DNA of 63,828 nt, the filler included, from Klebsormidium nitens (lineage: Eukaryota; Plantae; Klebsormidiophyceae), in the NCBI GenBank assembly GCA_000708835.1. It is 3 parts of 3 records of this genome, joined end to end, with 100 filler letters (N's around TTAATTAATTAA, not from the genome) between each part and the next. Parts side by side here need not be neighbours in the genome. Positions count along the whole stretch, not along the records: positions 31,642 to 53,689 come from DF237900.1; 2 more parts are not named here. One strand, written 5' to 3'. Within the stretch, counting starts at the first letter, position 1. Every line of letters begins with the position of its first letter. This document shows, piece after piece, positions 37,001-51,600 of the stretch. The position numbers and the translations under genes were made by a program. The notes under the pieces were generated by a model that saw nothing but the letters and a program-made list of their open reading frames with translations, was not told the origin of the DNA and searched no databases.

Positions 37001-40000
37001 GTTCTCATGCAGTTTATATCCTGGTCGCATTTTTGCCAGAACTTTTTTATCGGACGGCGCAGAAGCCCCGTTGAAATTTCATCGGACGGTTCGATCGAAG
37101 ATTTTGTGTGCGCTTTTTGGGTTAAAGTCATGGCTGCCGCTTGGTTGCGACAATGGCGGACTGCTATCTCCTCCTCCTTTCTGCACTATTGGACGCATGC
37201 AAGGCCTTGTCTGGATAGTCTTGGGTCAGCTCTATCCGGAGCAGGTGGTGGATCGTAAAGAATGGGGTCTTGCAGAAGCCTTTAGAAAGTACCGCAAAAA
37301 GCGGTGCTTTTGGGTTAGTTGACGAAAAGGTTTGGCAGGATCCGGGCCAGGGTATAAATGGCATGAGGTTGGTGCAAGGGGGTGCCACCTTTCAAAAAGT
37401 CAATGCGTCCAGTTCATGATAGCTGTCCAATCAGCCTGACGCTGGTTCCAGGTCAATTTTGGAGCCTCTCTTTGCCAAAGGTGGTTTAAAAGAGCAGAAG
37501 ATACAAGCTATAACGGTCATGTTTTCCTACCTCTCATTTTCAATATAAGCAAAAGCGGTTCCTCCTCTACAACGCACCAATTTCAACAGTGACTCATGTC
37601 ATGCCACAACGCGTCGCTGCCATAATGCGTCGCTTAGCAAACCAGCATGAGACACGTGGCATGTCGTAACGTACTTAGACAAGTTAGTTAGCTTAAACCG
37701 ACCGCAGTTAGCGCATCTAACCATAACCTCGCAGGCTCGTCACGGATTGGCCATGGAACAGTCACATCATTACTGGACATCCATTGGTGCAACCCGTTAT
37801 CCACAATCCAATTATTGCAACCAAGGTTCTGCGATTGAATCCGGGTACGTTTTCGAACGTTCCCTGGGGACGTAACCAGCCACTAACCGGTTATGTCACC
37901 ATGAGTCACCAGGTTATGATACCGGCCGTCGCGTACCCTATAGCATGTGGCGCAGCCAGCTGCAGCATGCAAGTGGATGTCCAAACTCATTATGCGAATC
38001 CACGGGTACTTAAGCCAATGGCTCAGACATTTCCAACTTGACTTTCATTCAAGTTAACTATCCATCGCCACCGGACACCCATGTCCACCCAGCATCCGAG
38101 CGCCTTGAGCGTTCAACCCAGCACCCGAGTACCTCGAGTACTCAACAACCAGCGCCAGCAGTACCGGCGACAGAGGAGACAACACCAACGTACCAGCGAC
38201 AACAACACCACCGGAGTAGGAGAACAACAACAACCGTAGCAGTACCAAACACGACAGTAACTTAATCGGCCCTATAGCCTTCAGCGTTACCTTCTTGCTT
38301 CACATCACCATGTCCCATGCCTCCGGCGACACCATCATCCAATCAGTAAGTGTCAACCGCTTGTACTTGTCTTGTGTTCATGCTTGAGTCCCTTTGGAGA
38401 TCCAGAATCCTGAATGCGAGCCACCGCCACCCTGGATAGCAAACCTCTCGGACGGACAATGTGGATGCTGTGGGGATTACCTTGAATGTTAGCACAAGCC
38501 ACCTCCAATGCAGCTTGCATGTTCATAACGTGCCATACTTTTCTGAGCGCCAGCCGCAAGAAACCATCGTGTCCTTTCAATCAATCCTTAACCAAGGAAA
38601 GGGGCCCGACCCCGATAATGAATGACTATGATCGATTCCATACATGCCGCCTTATTTACTCAGCATATACCGCCAATTGCTCGTATCATGTACTTTTTAA
38701 CGCTTAGCCGATCCACATGTCTCGCGTCACTTCATGTAACCGACGTCAATCGAACGCCGACGTTATATCGCACGACGTACCCTCACTTGACTCCTCTTTA
38801 TCACAGTCGGAAGAAGGGCCGTGAGCCTTGGAAATGTTGAATCAGAATGAACAGTTGGCGTTTTTTCAAACCGGTATTTGTGACTACTGTGCCTGCTTTC
38901 TGAGGCATATGCTACGCTTCAATGATTGGGCGCCACCATGAAGCTCAGTGGACAAGTAGAAAACCACTCAGTGAGCCTTTATAATCAAGATCGGCGGAAA
39001 TGGATTGTGCAACACGCGCGGTCAGAATGATCGAGCACGGACACCCGCCCTTGCCGGCCGACGTCCGTCGCACTCAACGTGACGATGCACGAGTCGGTGA
39101 CTTCGCATTACTCTGTCCCGATTAATGGGCATGCACTGATCGGATGCCATGGCGTCAGGTCTATATATGATTGCATCAATAACTCAAAAATATTGCATCA
39201 ATGACTCATGGAAATATGAGGTCAGTCAGTGCATACGTCCCACCTGGTTATTAGGTCCATCTATTCAGAGCTGAAAGGCAGAGGCGGCCGACACGGTAAA
39301 TTGACAAAGAGATCGATGATATTATCGAAAGGGGTCACTGGACTCTTTCAAGAGGTCCGTTGTCGTTCAGGCATGGTCCAAAAATGGATTACGATGTGAC
39401 ACCAGGACTTAGAGGCATAGTTAGGCAGCAGATGTTAGCCGTTATCGGAAGCCGCGAGCTCGCCAGTACTCTTCTAGTCGCAAACTCGACACACGCCTAA
39501 GGCGAATACTCTTCACCATCTCGGTCGAGCTCGCTTCCAAGGCTGCGCTGCAACTCCAGTCCCGCATCGGTGGAGGTTGTTCTCCTCGTAGCGAGACCCG
39601 TCTGAGCAGGCGCCTTCACCGGCACAGAAGGCGGAGAGGCAGGGATGGGATCCAACAGAGCGGCACGCTGCCGCTCGATCAGCCGCCGAGAGAACGCATG
39701 CCCTGCAAAGCGATCCAGTGTAAAGTAAAGCAGCGGCTTGGTAAACGAAAGGGCTTGAATGAAGGCACTGATCGCTGATGTGGGGTCAATGTCTTATAGA
39801 TTCTGTCAAAAGAGTGGCTCTTGCGGGCGGACACGCATGAGTTCTGGGCTCGAAATGCTAAATCCCCGATACTTGAAACCCAATAGCACCCGTTGCACTG
39901 AACTCTACGCACAAAACGAACTTGCCTATGGATACAGCCAACTTATTGAGTACTAACAAGGTCAAAAAGCGAAGCGGCCCTCGAGCCCATTGTCTCCGGA

Positions 40001-40397
40001 AGTCAAAATGGTCCCTTCTCCACCTCGGAGAAGCTCTTGTGTACGAAGCGGCCAAGCTTGCCTAATTCTCGCCAATACTGGACCCTCCAAGTCACCTTTG
40101 TCACATGGGCGCGCATTCACATCCCATCCAGACGCGCTTTCAAACCGTTGCTAGACCAACTTTTCATACGAAGAGTTTCTGGAGCTCTAGACAGAACTAA
40201 TTTCTGCTTTCCAACTTCAAGACGTAATGCTCAGTTGAGCCCTCGTTCTTTGTCCAACCAGCCGCTTCCCACGTCGAGCGACAGGTAAGGGCACCTTGCG
40301 CGTAAATCTCACTCTTTGTTCAGAAATCCAGTTTGGCCAGAACATGGTCCAAAGACTCCACGGCACAAATGCTCGCAAAGAAACCCTGAAATCAGCC

Positions 40398-43300
40398 CTA
40401 CATTACCTGCTCACCTGGTTTCCCCCCATCTTGGCCCCCTGGCCGGCTCAGCCCGTTGTACAGTGGCAGGTACGCGCGCCTCGCCCGCGCATCAAACGAC
40501 CGGACCCGTGCCTTCCACCACCGCACGACGGTGACAGCTGTCAACCCAACGAGCGCCAACACGACGATGACCAGGGGCAGGTGCCTGACAACTAGACCGG
40601 AAAGGGTTTGGGGGAGCTGGGGGACGCGCAGCAGTTGGGCCATAGTTTGAGCCCCGGGGTCCTCCTGCGAAGTGGGAACGCGAGCTTTAAACTCGTTTCG
40701 GAGGCGCGGATGCTGCGCAGGTTTCGGATTCATTGAGGAACAAGTGGGGTTAGGTATACGTGCATCTTGAGTCGAAGGCCTTGAGAAGCACAATGAGAGC
40801 CGAACGGTTGACTTTATTGTTGTACGGTGGCCGCCGCGCCTAGCGGCGTGCTCATGTGTACGAGTGGCCGGCTGGCAAGTCGAAGGCGAGGAGTGAGGCA
40901 GAAAGAAGGCCTTCTGAAATTTCACAACGCAATCAAGGCCGCCGACCTGTGCTAAGACTTGACTTGACGCGAAGTGCAAAACCGATGGCAAATCACCGGG
41001 ACGAACGAGAAGTGTTGGCACGGTTACCAATCTGCAGCTTCCCTTTCTCTAGATAAGTCCTCAGAAAATTGCCGATTTGAAGAGAGAGCGCGAAACTCAG
41101 GAGCTGACTGTCGACGGGGCAGAACGACGCTGATTAGATATGCGCCGAATAATGCATAATAGCAATGTAGAGGAACTCTCAAACGCCAATGAAACTAATC
41201 TCAGCAAGCCCGTATGAAATGGTGGTCAACAAGCTCAGTCTTCTGCTTAAATACCGGAGCGGCCTCATGTCGTCCGCAGATCTGGACAGTATGCACTGCT
41301 TACCACAGCCTACATCTCCCCACAACAGGATCACTCCAACCGAAGCTTCAACACGCCTTACTGCAAAATCGATAGTGCGACGCAACAAAGTTGAGAGCTT
41401 TTGAAGCGCACCAGAGTGATGGGCTTGGCCGCGGGCTTGAGCGCCCCTCCCTCGTACAGCGCAGCCCCCAGAGTCCACGCCATGTCGCCGGTTCCGATCT
41501 GGATCTGGTCGTCCCGCAAACCCAGGCCTTTCCGAAGCAGCGACACCACGTAAGGCGCTCGGAAACAGTACCTGCGAAAGAAGAACGTTCGGACATTTGT
41601 GCGAGCGAGAAGTCTAGAAGCTGAACGCGAGATCAAGGTGAAGACGTTGTAATGGGCCCGAACAATGCACAAGTGCGAAGCGGAAATAGCAACACCTTCG
41701 GATGCTGAGTGTGCCCCTAGCCAGAAGATGCGTCGTAGCAGAGCGAATTGTACCGTAGAATAGCGCAAAAAAACAGTGGCATTCGATAATGTGTCGTCGG
41801 TTTCAGTGAGGAGCGGGTATGAAAGATGGTGGAGTAGACAGTCTTTTTGTACAGTCATCCACCACCCGTCAGGCAAGGCTGCTTTTCGAAATTTGGGAGA
41901 GCCCTCGGGTGATACTTAAAAGCAGTAGCGAGTAAAACGCCCTTGCGTCAAACGCTCTGGCTTCACGTGCTGTAACAAACCTGCCGCACAACTTCAACCA
42001 CGGACAACTCCAACCATTGAACGACAATCATGTCTACAAATGCAACCAAGCCACCAACGCCTTTGAGTGTGGTCAATCCTCACCTATCCAGCCCCCTCTC
42101 GCCATAGTACTCTGCCTTCACGTGCGTCCACGTTTTCTTGCAGAACGCTTGCCCGGCATCGAGCAACCGGTCAAGGGGAACGCTGCAGAGGACGAGTTAC
42201 GTGGGTTTGCACCCGTGTGTTGGTCCATGGCCTGCGGAAAGACTCATAAAAAGGAAACCCAGACTTGTTCGTTTCGAGTCAGCCAGATTTGTCGATCAAA
42301 AGTCGTTTAGCACTGGAACAGGCGTCCAGGACGCAAGTTGATTCTGCACTCAACGTTTGCAAAAGGGCAGGCTTTCAAGGGCGCTTTGGTGACCGAAAAG
42401 CATACCTGCCAGCAAGGCCAAAGAAGTGGTACACGACGAAGAAGCCTGTCAGGGCCATAAAGTTTCCCCGCAGAGCCTGCAAAAGAGGGGATTGCATCAA
42501 CCCATCCGGTTGTCTTGCTTTGCGAGCTCTCCTTGTAGAGATCGTATGCGGTCTCACTATGTGAGATGTCTATAGAAGCCGAGAAGCAAGAGAGGAAGAC
42601 ACCACAAGCTAGAGAGGTTTGGGGTGTAACGGGGTCTCAACTGCTATGGAATCAAGTAGGACCTACCGCCAGAATTTCGCGGTGGCGTCAACTCAAACCA
42701 TTCTCAGAGGATGCAGATGGCAGCCGCTGAACCATCGTGTAGTCCATTGAGTCGCGTCCGGGCATTCGGAGGAAAGGAATGCCGATAGTGGAAACAGTGC
42801 ACTTTGCACCTTTTGGGAAAAGACCCACACTCCCTAAGAGGATGCAAAGAAAGGAGCTGTAATCGCTGAATCACACAGCGTGACAACTATACTTTCTGAT
42901 ACATAAAAAGTCTGCAATTTCCTTATGCAGAAAAGCAGACCCCACGGCAGCCTGGGTGTCGGACACACACAACTTTCTGAGACTCCGAGAGTTCGGAACC
43001 CCGTACTGTTCTAGTGACCAGACCTCCAAAAACCCGATGATTTTTTAAAGATGAGAAACAGAAAGCCGAAGCCTAAGCCAGACCGTATTCTCACCGGCTG
43101 GTGCGCCCCCAAGGCACACGGCTCCTCCTCACACTCCTCCGCTGACGTCACCACCCTGTCCACGAGCGCCTGGCACGCCTGCCAGTCCGGACGTCCAATC
43201 AGCTTCACGGACGTCGGACCGGATCGCTCTTCGAGCACTCTACGCCGGGCCAGTGCAGCGCCGCCCCGTGCTGAGCTTAAGTGCTCAATCTCCTTTTCGC

Positions 43301-46300
43301 TCGTGCTGTCCGTCGATCTAAAAGACGCTGATTGGCTGACAGGTGTGCTAACGGACTTAAAAATTGGTGACTCTCCGTGCAGCAACGTGCCAACCTCGGA
43401 CACGCTTTCCTGTCTGTGACCCTGGGAAGGGTTGTGTGGGTATGGTACAAGATCTAACTGCGAAGCCTGTAGTGCTGTCGTAAGAGCAGCTGCGTGCGTG
43501 ACTTGCGCACTGCGCATACTCGGAATCTGGGCTCTGTCTGAAGGCGGCTTGCGCCACTGCCTCGAATCTTGGTGCAGTGTGAACCTTCTTAATCTTCTAC
43601 CTAAGGCTGTGAACGCTCCGTGAAGACCAGAAGGTGTGGACTGCAACTCGCTGTCTCCTACTAAGGGCCGTCGAAACACGGTGTCAAAGAACGCTTTCAA
43701 GAACCCCTGCCCTGCGTTGACACCTTGCGCTCGTGCAGGCTGCGAGGATCCCAACGGAGATTGCTGAAGGGAGTGGAGGCCGCTAGTCGGCACTTTGCTT
43801 CGAAAGGGAACATTCTCCGCCGCCCAGCGGAGGAGTCGTCTTCCGTGGCCCTCTTTCAGGGCCTTGTCGGCGACAGCGGACGTCGAGACGGCAGCGTCTG
43901 ATCTCCGCTTCTTGAAGCGGTACGTCTGCGTTGAAATAGAGTAAATATCAGAACTCGTGCGTCAAAACGCGTGCGTGGAACCTTAACCCTCTTTGAATTG
44001 TTGCCACTTCATGATTTAATGAAGCTTTAAAAGTCGAATTGGGGATTTCCATCAGTGCTTCTGGGCTGACGAGAAATTTTGAAGCTGCTGAAAGGAAAAG
44101 AAGTGAGAAGCGAGCTCAAATTCAACGGAAACAGTCGTCTGTCAGGCCGAATTTGAAAGTCAGTATTCATCCAATAACGCAACCCGACCCTGAGTCTGGA
44201 CGACCGTGAAAGTGAGCTCGCAGGTGCCACGTGGAGTACATGCTGGTCCACAAACTGGGACGCGCGATCTGATATTAGAACCATCAAATGTATCCTATTG
44301 CGTTTCTCTTACACGACAAAGGATACTCGCGAGTTCCCGCAGCAACAGGCAGCCTGCTGGTGTTCAAATCTTTCCAAACATATGCTCAACAGGATTGACA
44401 AGAAGTTCAGAACATTTCATGAAGAGGGAGCTAATGCTAAGTTCGAAGGAAAATGACGCTTAAGTACGAACATCGTCCACAATACAAAGCATCAACGTCC
44501 TCACAGCATGAATCATGAACTAGGCGGAAAACTTTCTTGACGAGGTGAAACTAGAGTACGACATTATGCGACTCACGTCGTTGTAGCCTGTGTGAAGGCA
44601 CGGATGTTCAACCTCCAAGGCGTTCTCCCCAGCCCCGTTGTCCTCCATTGCAAATAGCACGCTCTTCTGGAACGCGTCGTTCATCCCGAACGATGGATGT
44701 GAGTGGGCCTGAAAGCAAAAAGCAAACGAGTCTAAATGTTCCCCGTTGTAACGGGAATCTTTCCTTCTAACCAAGGCGAAAACACGAAAACGGTCCATGA
44801 TGGGTTTACGCTAAAGTGGAACGCTTCAATGCTCCCAAGCAAGACCGACAGAAGGAAGCAGAATGCGCACGCCCAGTCGCCTGTCTGAGCACAATCTGAC
44901 ACCAAGAAGCTGTGACTTTGCAAGGGCCAACATGGATTTTCTTCGCTGACAAACTTACACCTTTTTCATTCTCTTCGAAGCAAGTAAACCAGAACAACAC
45001 TGCGGAAGGAGAGTGCTTGCAACCTACTTGCACCCTCCAAAACCGTGCCGATGCCAAGATCAGTATCCATTTTGCCGAGGGACATTACTCACATACAGGT
45101 GGTAGTCCGTCTCCTTGATAGTGACGTTCACTCCGTGCTCGGAGGACGGCATAGCCTCTGGTAGGAAGGTAACCTCCAGCGACGAACCCCCCATATCGAG
45201 CGACCCCAGCGGGGCTGCTTCCTGGCCCTGGCTCAACTTTCCGGTCAAATAGTTGAGTGCAATCCAGCCGTAGACGGCCTCGTCTTGCCCGCTTATGATA
45301 CGGGCCCACTCGGGTTCGAAGAGGAACGGGGACGCAGAGAGCATCTGCTGCGCCATTTGGAGGAGCCAAGCGGAGTCTGCTTGGGGGAGCCTCCGCAGAC
45401 CTGCGATCGAGCGAATACTTCTTGAATGTCGAGAACAGGAGTGAACATTTGAGATACCGCTCGACAGGAGCAGCTCTGATCCTTTTGGCGTCGATTTACC
45501 TTGTTCAGAGCTTTCGTCTATGATACGGAGTGTCTGTGCACCTGCGGAGCTGTCTTAGGACGTTGTTTGGAAGGACAGCAGGGCGCCATTGACTCTGCTT
45601 GCAAACACAGAAGCTGGCATTGCTGATCAGATATGCGACGTCAACTTGCTAAAACATTGATGCAGATGGTCACCAAAGCAACGCAGATTCAAAGCCCTTT
45701 GCGACTCGACTCCTCTGTAAGAAGCCTTAGCAGGGGCTTCCAACGGCTGTGACAAGAAAGAGATGTGGGGAAAGTGATTCATCTTAGTAACAAGACCCCA
45801 TCGTGAAGGTTAAGTTGTACCACACTTCACAAAAAGGTGCCGAGGTGCTTGAGATCCATCGATATTTACGAGATTTTCAGCAGAGCATTCAAGCGTGCAC
45901 AAATTTGATAAGAGGCGGATACATCTTTCATTCAAACCGTTGTACCTGCATTTTTATGAACTTTCCAAAGAACCAGTCGCAACCTTTGCAATGAAATGGA
46001 GTTAAGGAAAGAGATTTCCAGGGTATGACACCGCAACCATCGTCTGTCGTCTGAGAATCACCTGAAAAAGTCAGTGCGGTACGCTTCCGCATGCGACCTG
46101 CTTCCCAATCAATTCATACCTGCGGTTGCGAAGAGGAAGACAGGAGTGATGGGCCTCTTGCTTTCCGGCACCTCCTTGAGAGCATACTGGATCAAAGGAT
46201 CAAGCGCCTGGTTCACTTTCACAACGTCTCCCACAAATTGGTCCAGCCCTGCAGGCACAGCAGAATATGAAACGTCTGCAAGCAGTCAAAAAGAGCAGCG

Positions 46301-47739
46301 GCCCGGAACCTCTCTAAATTCCGACCTGACTCTGTCTCTTACTCCTCTCCTTTTTTGAGGACCACCCGTGCGCGCAATCGAAACTGCCGGTGAAGATTCT
46401 TCGATTTTTCGATACAAACGACATGGATTCTGTTAATTCAGAGGACACACAACATGGCAGCTTTTCAGACTTCTTGTCCCAACAAGAGCGATAGGTACTT
46501 TCAGCAAATCACTGAGAACTCTCCTTACAAGGCATACAATTACAACCCGCAATTTGCAGTCCGTACTGCTTCATAAAGCTTACGTCTGCTTATCCTTAAT
46601 CATAAGCTTCACTGCAGGCTGATCAAGTTTCAATCATGATGGTCCCAGTCGAATATGACGTTGCTAAAATGGTTTCCACAATGTGCGCACTACTAGGTGA
46701 GGTTGTTCAGAACACAAGATTACCGTGAATACTCAACTCATCATCTCCTCTAAAAAGTCCTCAATGGGGATACATGATCGGATCTCTTTACACTTACACC
46801 TTCTGAAGAGGCATAATTTTTCTCACCAGGCTCAGTTTCAACTCGTTTATAGGCGGTTCGTTTCTGCCCGAAGCGCTCCGCGCGGCCCAGCTTTGCGGTG
46901 CTGTCCACCACTTTTGGCAGGCCCCAAGCACCGCTGCGCGCCCAAGAATACACGTAACATCGAGTACCTACACAGAGTTATTCGGTCCTCTGCTGTTTGC
47001 AGTTCTGTTTATGCACTTGGCATTTACGGTGTCAAAGAAGCAGTAGGAGTCAACCAGACAGCAAGGAAGGTTGGTAGTCTGACGGTGGTGAAATACAAAT
47101 TGCAAGAGGCTCGAAGATATAGGCATCTTTCTCTGTAAACGATTGTGCAAGCTTGCTTCATTCTTCGTCAGAACGAAGTCCAGCCCCAGGAAAAAGAACA
47201 GACACAAGCACTGAGATACTTCTGATCAAGTTCTGCCAATGCTTTGTCCCGGGTTGAAAATTGACGAAACAATTTAAAAGAAAGCCTTCAAAAGTAATAG
47301 CTCTTTGATTTAGAAAATGCCCCAAAGATTGGCACATATTCTACCCTCAGAATGTGGAGAGTTGAGGTGCTGAAAGATGGGGAAAATGCAGTAAGGTCTT
47401 CTGTGACGATCTGAGCCAAACAGTGAGATTGCTGCTTAGAATTGCACTCAAGAAGAATCTATCACGCGCACCTGTGCTCCCGCTGTCCATCACGACAGCA
47501 TACTCCACCTCCCGCCAATTCAGGGACAAGAGCACCCCGCCAGCCACCAGCACACCGATCAACAATCCAAGGAATGCTAGAAAGGACCACCTTGGCGCCC
47601 CCAAAGCTCCTGGAGCAGCCTGCGATGACATCATGTTGGCCCTCAAGCTCCTGAGAGAGCTAGAACGAGGTAGAATCGGAATGAAACCCGTGCTGCGAGA
47701 GCGGCCAAGAGGGCGAGCTGAGGCACCGCCATATCCCAT
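40398..47739 (-). CDS. Apyrase / NTPDase (GDA1/CD39 family), APY7-like, with N- and C-terminal TM segments; 3' end may extend to about 39497
   Basis: N-terminal TM then ACR1 YAVVMDSGSTG|TRCYVY; AYKRVETEPG|LDQFV; ACR2 LFATAG|LRRL; ACR3 IISGQDEAVYGWIALNY; ACR4 GSLDMGGSSLEVTF; HPCLHTGY; FMALTGFFVVYHFF; YCFRAPYVVSLLRKGL; ACR5 MAWTLGAAL; C-terminal TM LPLVIVVLALVGLTAVTVVRWW followed by RRAYLPLY. Confidence 0.93.
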
Positions 47740-48634
47740 TGGTGCTAAAGCATGGCAGCCTGATTTGAAAGGGATTTATGGAAACTATCTCTATGGAATT
47801 GGCCTTTAATTGGAATCTGCGTGTTCAGATGATGGAATAACATTGCCTGAACGTTGCTCCACCAACTCTGATCTTCCAACTATGACTACAGGACAAACGT
47901 TTCAGGCTTTCATCAGCCCAGCGATGCTCTTATCCAGTGGACCGAAGTGCGTTGATCACAGCGTCCTTTCAAAGAACAGCTGAGAACCGCAAACAGAGCT
48001 GCTGGTGGCTGCTGGGAAGAATTGCAAACCCTGAAAGAACTCGCTGCTTTCGAGTGGCTCCCTGACCACTGATGGCAGTGATGCAGGAATTTTGTTTCCA
48101 CTTCGCTATCACACGATTCACAGCCTGCACTTGCCTGCACTGCACGCGCCGATATTTCTCTGGTTCCATATGGCGTTTAACATTTTACTAATACTTGGAC
48201 GGTCATGGAAGCACCTAAGCGATCATCGACGGTGCACGTCTTCTTCGTTGAAGCGGGTCCCGGTTAACCCATGTGGTTCCTGACTTTCCTCTATGCAGCT
48301 TGAAAGTTGGTGCTAAGACCTCCTGACGTCACTTGCCACTTGGCATGAACCAGATCGCATTGCAATTTGCGCCCTCAATGGCGATCTGCCCTCCTGGACC
48401 TAGGCGTCAAGATTCACGAAACGAAGCAGAAGAGCAGTCGCAAGGGGTGCTCCAACAGTCAGTGGCTTTGTTCTGATTGCAGTGACCTGCTCTGGTATAC
48501 AGTTGGCCTTCTCTGCTACGTCATGGCGACCTTCTGAGTTGACTTCAATTAACTTTCTGACGTAAGCGGGCAGCACGGTGAATCTAGGAAGGCAGGCCTG
48601 GGGTCACCACTAACGGCATTCACATTATCTCATT

Positions 48635-51600
48635 ATGGTCGGACGTGAGGAAACCATTGAAAGAGATGCGCAGCGGCAAGGGAAAATGAGAAGGATAAAG
48701 GAGCACACGGACTGGTTACTTGAATCAGACAATCCATGGTTCAGCCAGCGGGCGCTGCACAATGTCATAAGAAGAGGGGGCTGGGAAGTGGACCCAGCCA
48801 ATGAAAAGCAGAAAATGCGGAACTATCTTGGAAGTATTGAAAGGAGCGCTGCCGAAACACAGGAGCGACGAGGAAAGGCCCGAAAGCTGATACAGAAAAT
48901 TGATGTGGACACGGGCAGAAACAAACAGGTAAGCAATTTTGTTGCATTCAATCTAGCCGCTACAGAAGGAATGCCTGAGATCTGGACCTGCAGCGTGGAA
49001 ACTTATCATTGCTTGGATATCTTCTTCTGCACTAGCTTCTGATGGCCTGGAAATGGCATTGAACAATACATCTCTCCTCTGCATGGGAGTATTCCAAATA
49101 CTTCCAATCATAGCCTTACCTGATGCGTTGCTGCTACAGAGTCGGTCTTTGCAAAAGACCATGATGCAGCAGACTGGGAAGGTCCAGGTTGGTGTTGTGG
49201 GAGGCGTGCAGAACCGCAGCGATAGGTTTGCGCCATGGGAAAGCTGCGCCCCCGGCCTTGATCACAAGGGGGAGTGGGCCCCTGGGGAGAGGTAAGGGAG
49301 AGCATGCTTCAACCATAGTTGTGCTGCTCTCTTTCTGTTACACAAAGGATGGGGTATTTCTCTGGGTGTGTCTTCTCAATGGATGCTATCATATACGCCG
49401 CTAGAGATCGCATTGAAGTGTAGCATGTGCTTCAGAAAGCCGGGCACAGTCATAAATGACATCGGTTTGAGGGATCAGTCTAATTATCATTTCTGACACT
49501 CAACCACCATGCTTTTCTGTGATAGGAGTCAGCTGACTCGCCTGTATGTCTCTTGTAGACGAGGGAACGCTTCTGCTGATACTCAGATGGGTAGGCGGGG
49601 CCAGGGTTCCGACATCAACAGCGCCTTCTCTGCAGTGGGCCTTGACGGTGCTGATAAAACAAGGTGAGGCTGGAGCAACGCTTGTGGCCTTCTTGTGCGC
49701 TCAAGTCAAGCCTAGCAAGTGCAGCGATGGAGAATAGTATAACATAATTGTCATGTCTTCTGTTCTTTCAAATCACCCATGGCAAAGCGAGGCGCAAAGA
49801 TCGGCTCAAAAGCAGTGTCAGGCTGACTGGACAGCTGTCATGTACTTGGACACAGTGGCTACACATCAGAAGGTTGAGCAACACCAACTTTGGAGGTCTG
49901 TTTGGCCTTGGCTTGGAGGTGTCCACAGAAGCACCCAGGTAAAAAGCTTGTGCCTGAATTAATGGAGAAGAGCATTGACTTCAAGGAGTACCCGATTCCC
50001 AGCAAGTAGCCTGGAGCAGCTCCAACCAGCCGCATCACTTCGTTGGTATACTTGATTTATGGTCGAGGGCTGCAACATCATTGGAAAATTGTGACAGGTG
50101 TCCGAAGTCAGATACACTTGCCTGACCATCTTCAGTACTTGCTTATCTCATACAGGTCGCTTGGCAATTTCGGAGGGAGCAACGTCAGCATAGACTACAA
50201 CGACCCGTCGGCGATGCACACTGGGGAGACTGACAGATACGGCGGAGCCTTTGGACAGCAGACATACGGCAATGATGGCAAGGAGGGTGTCTTCACGTTC
50301 CGTGCAAGCAGCAGGTCAGCAAGAAATAGTCATAGCCTTGCCCATTTTGACCTGGCGATCGCCACCTGTTGGGTTTCAAAAGGGACACAAGCTCGGACTG
50401 CGTTGTGCTGAGTAGATCCTTCGAATCATTGGAAGACGCCTTCCATATTCACCTGTTGTATTTGCACACAGGAACCGGGTGATTGACCATTCTCTGGCTC
50501 AGATTCTCTCATATCAGCACACTCATTTCTTCACCTTTGATCATCATGGAAAGATCTCTACGTCTTGCTTGAGAACGTTCTGTATTGACTGCAGGGGGCG
50601 GCTTGGTTGCCTACAGGGCTTCGCACACCTTCACGTTCTGCACTCTTCCTTCGTCCGGAAAATCATTCGCTGAATCTGATGGATTAAAAGTCATCCCTTA
50701 AAAGCAGCAAAGCAGGGTACAATAAGCTAAGTCATAAGGGCACAATATCACGTTTCTTCTTTTCTCAGTGTCGGCCTGATGCGGCTCAGTTCGTGGGAGT
50801 GTTGAATGTCGTCAAGTTAGATTGCCAGCGAGAGCCCAGGAGTTCTCTAGCTTGCCCTCAGTTCCCTGACCAAGTGGACTGACACCTATCGCTCGCTGCG
50901 CACAGAGCTTCGTTCGCCCCCGCATCCTATAGCCAAGAACCCGACACGAACCTGCACCCTCCGTTCGGCATGCCAGCTGGCCCCTCGCACGCAAATAACA
51001 CATTCCCCGCTGCCCCCCGGCAGATCCTAGGAGAGTTAGCCACGAACTTCCACTCCTCCCAGCCTGCTCCTCCTCGGAAAGCACTGCTACGCAAAGAGAA
51101 GCCCCCTACGCTCAAGCCCGGGCTCAGCGGGCCAATTGAGGCGACCTGGCCAGAGAAAGACCAGCTGATAGGAGGAGAATGGGGATCAGAGTGGGCGTCG
51201 GGATACGAGGGAACGGAGTTCGCCGGTTTTGGACGCGCTTCAAGAGACGAGAGCGAACGAAAGACGAAAGAGAGCGGGGTGGGAGCTGCGCAGCACACGC
51301 GGCAGATGGCAGAGGCCGTACCAGGACTAGCGCCTGGGGAAATTGGGGCCCGGGGCGCTTTTGGGACGCCGAAGTGGGAGCCCAGAGCAGCGAACCACGC
51401 CTACGGGCAGGCGTTAGACAGCCCCCCGGGATGGCGGATGACGTCACTCAGTGAATGGCGCCCAAGGGAGAGGACCTCGCACGCCAGCTGGCAGCCGGAC
51501 GGGTATCAGGCGGGTGCGGAGCTGCGCTTGGCATTCAGTGATGGACGGAGCTTTGTTCTGGTGGGGCACTCAACGGACGACTTTGACCCGGGTCGCCACG

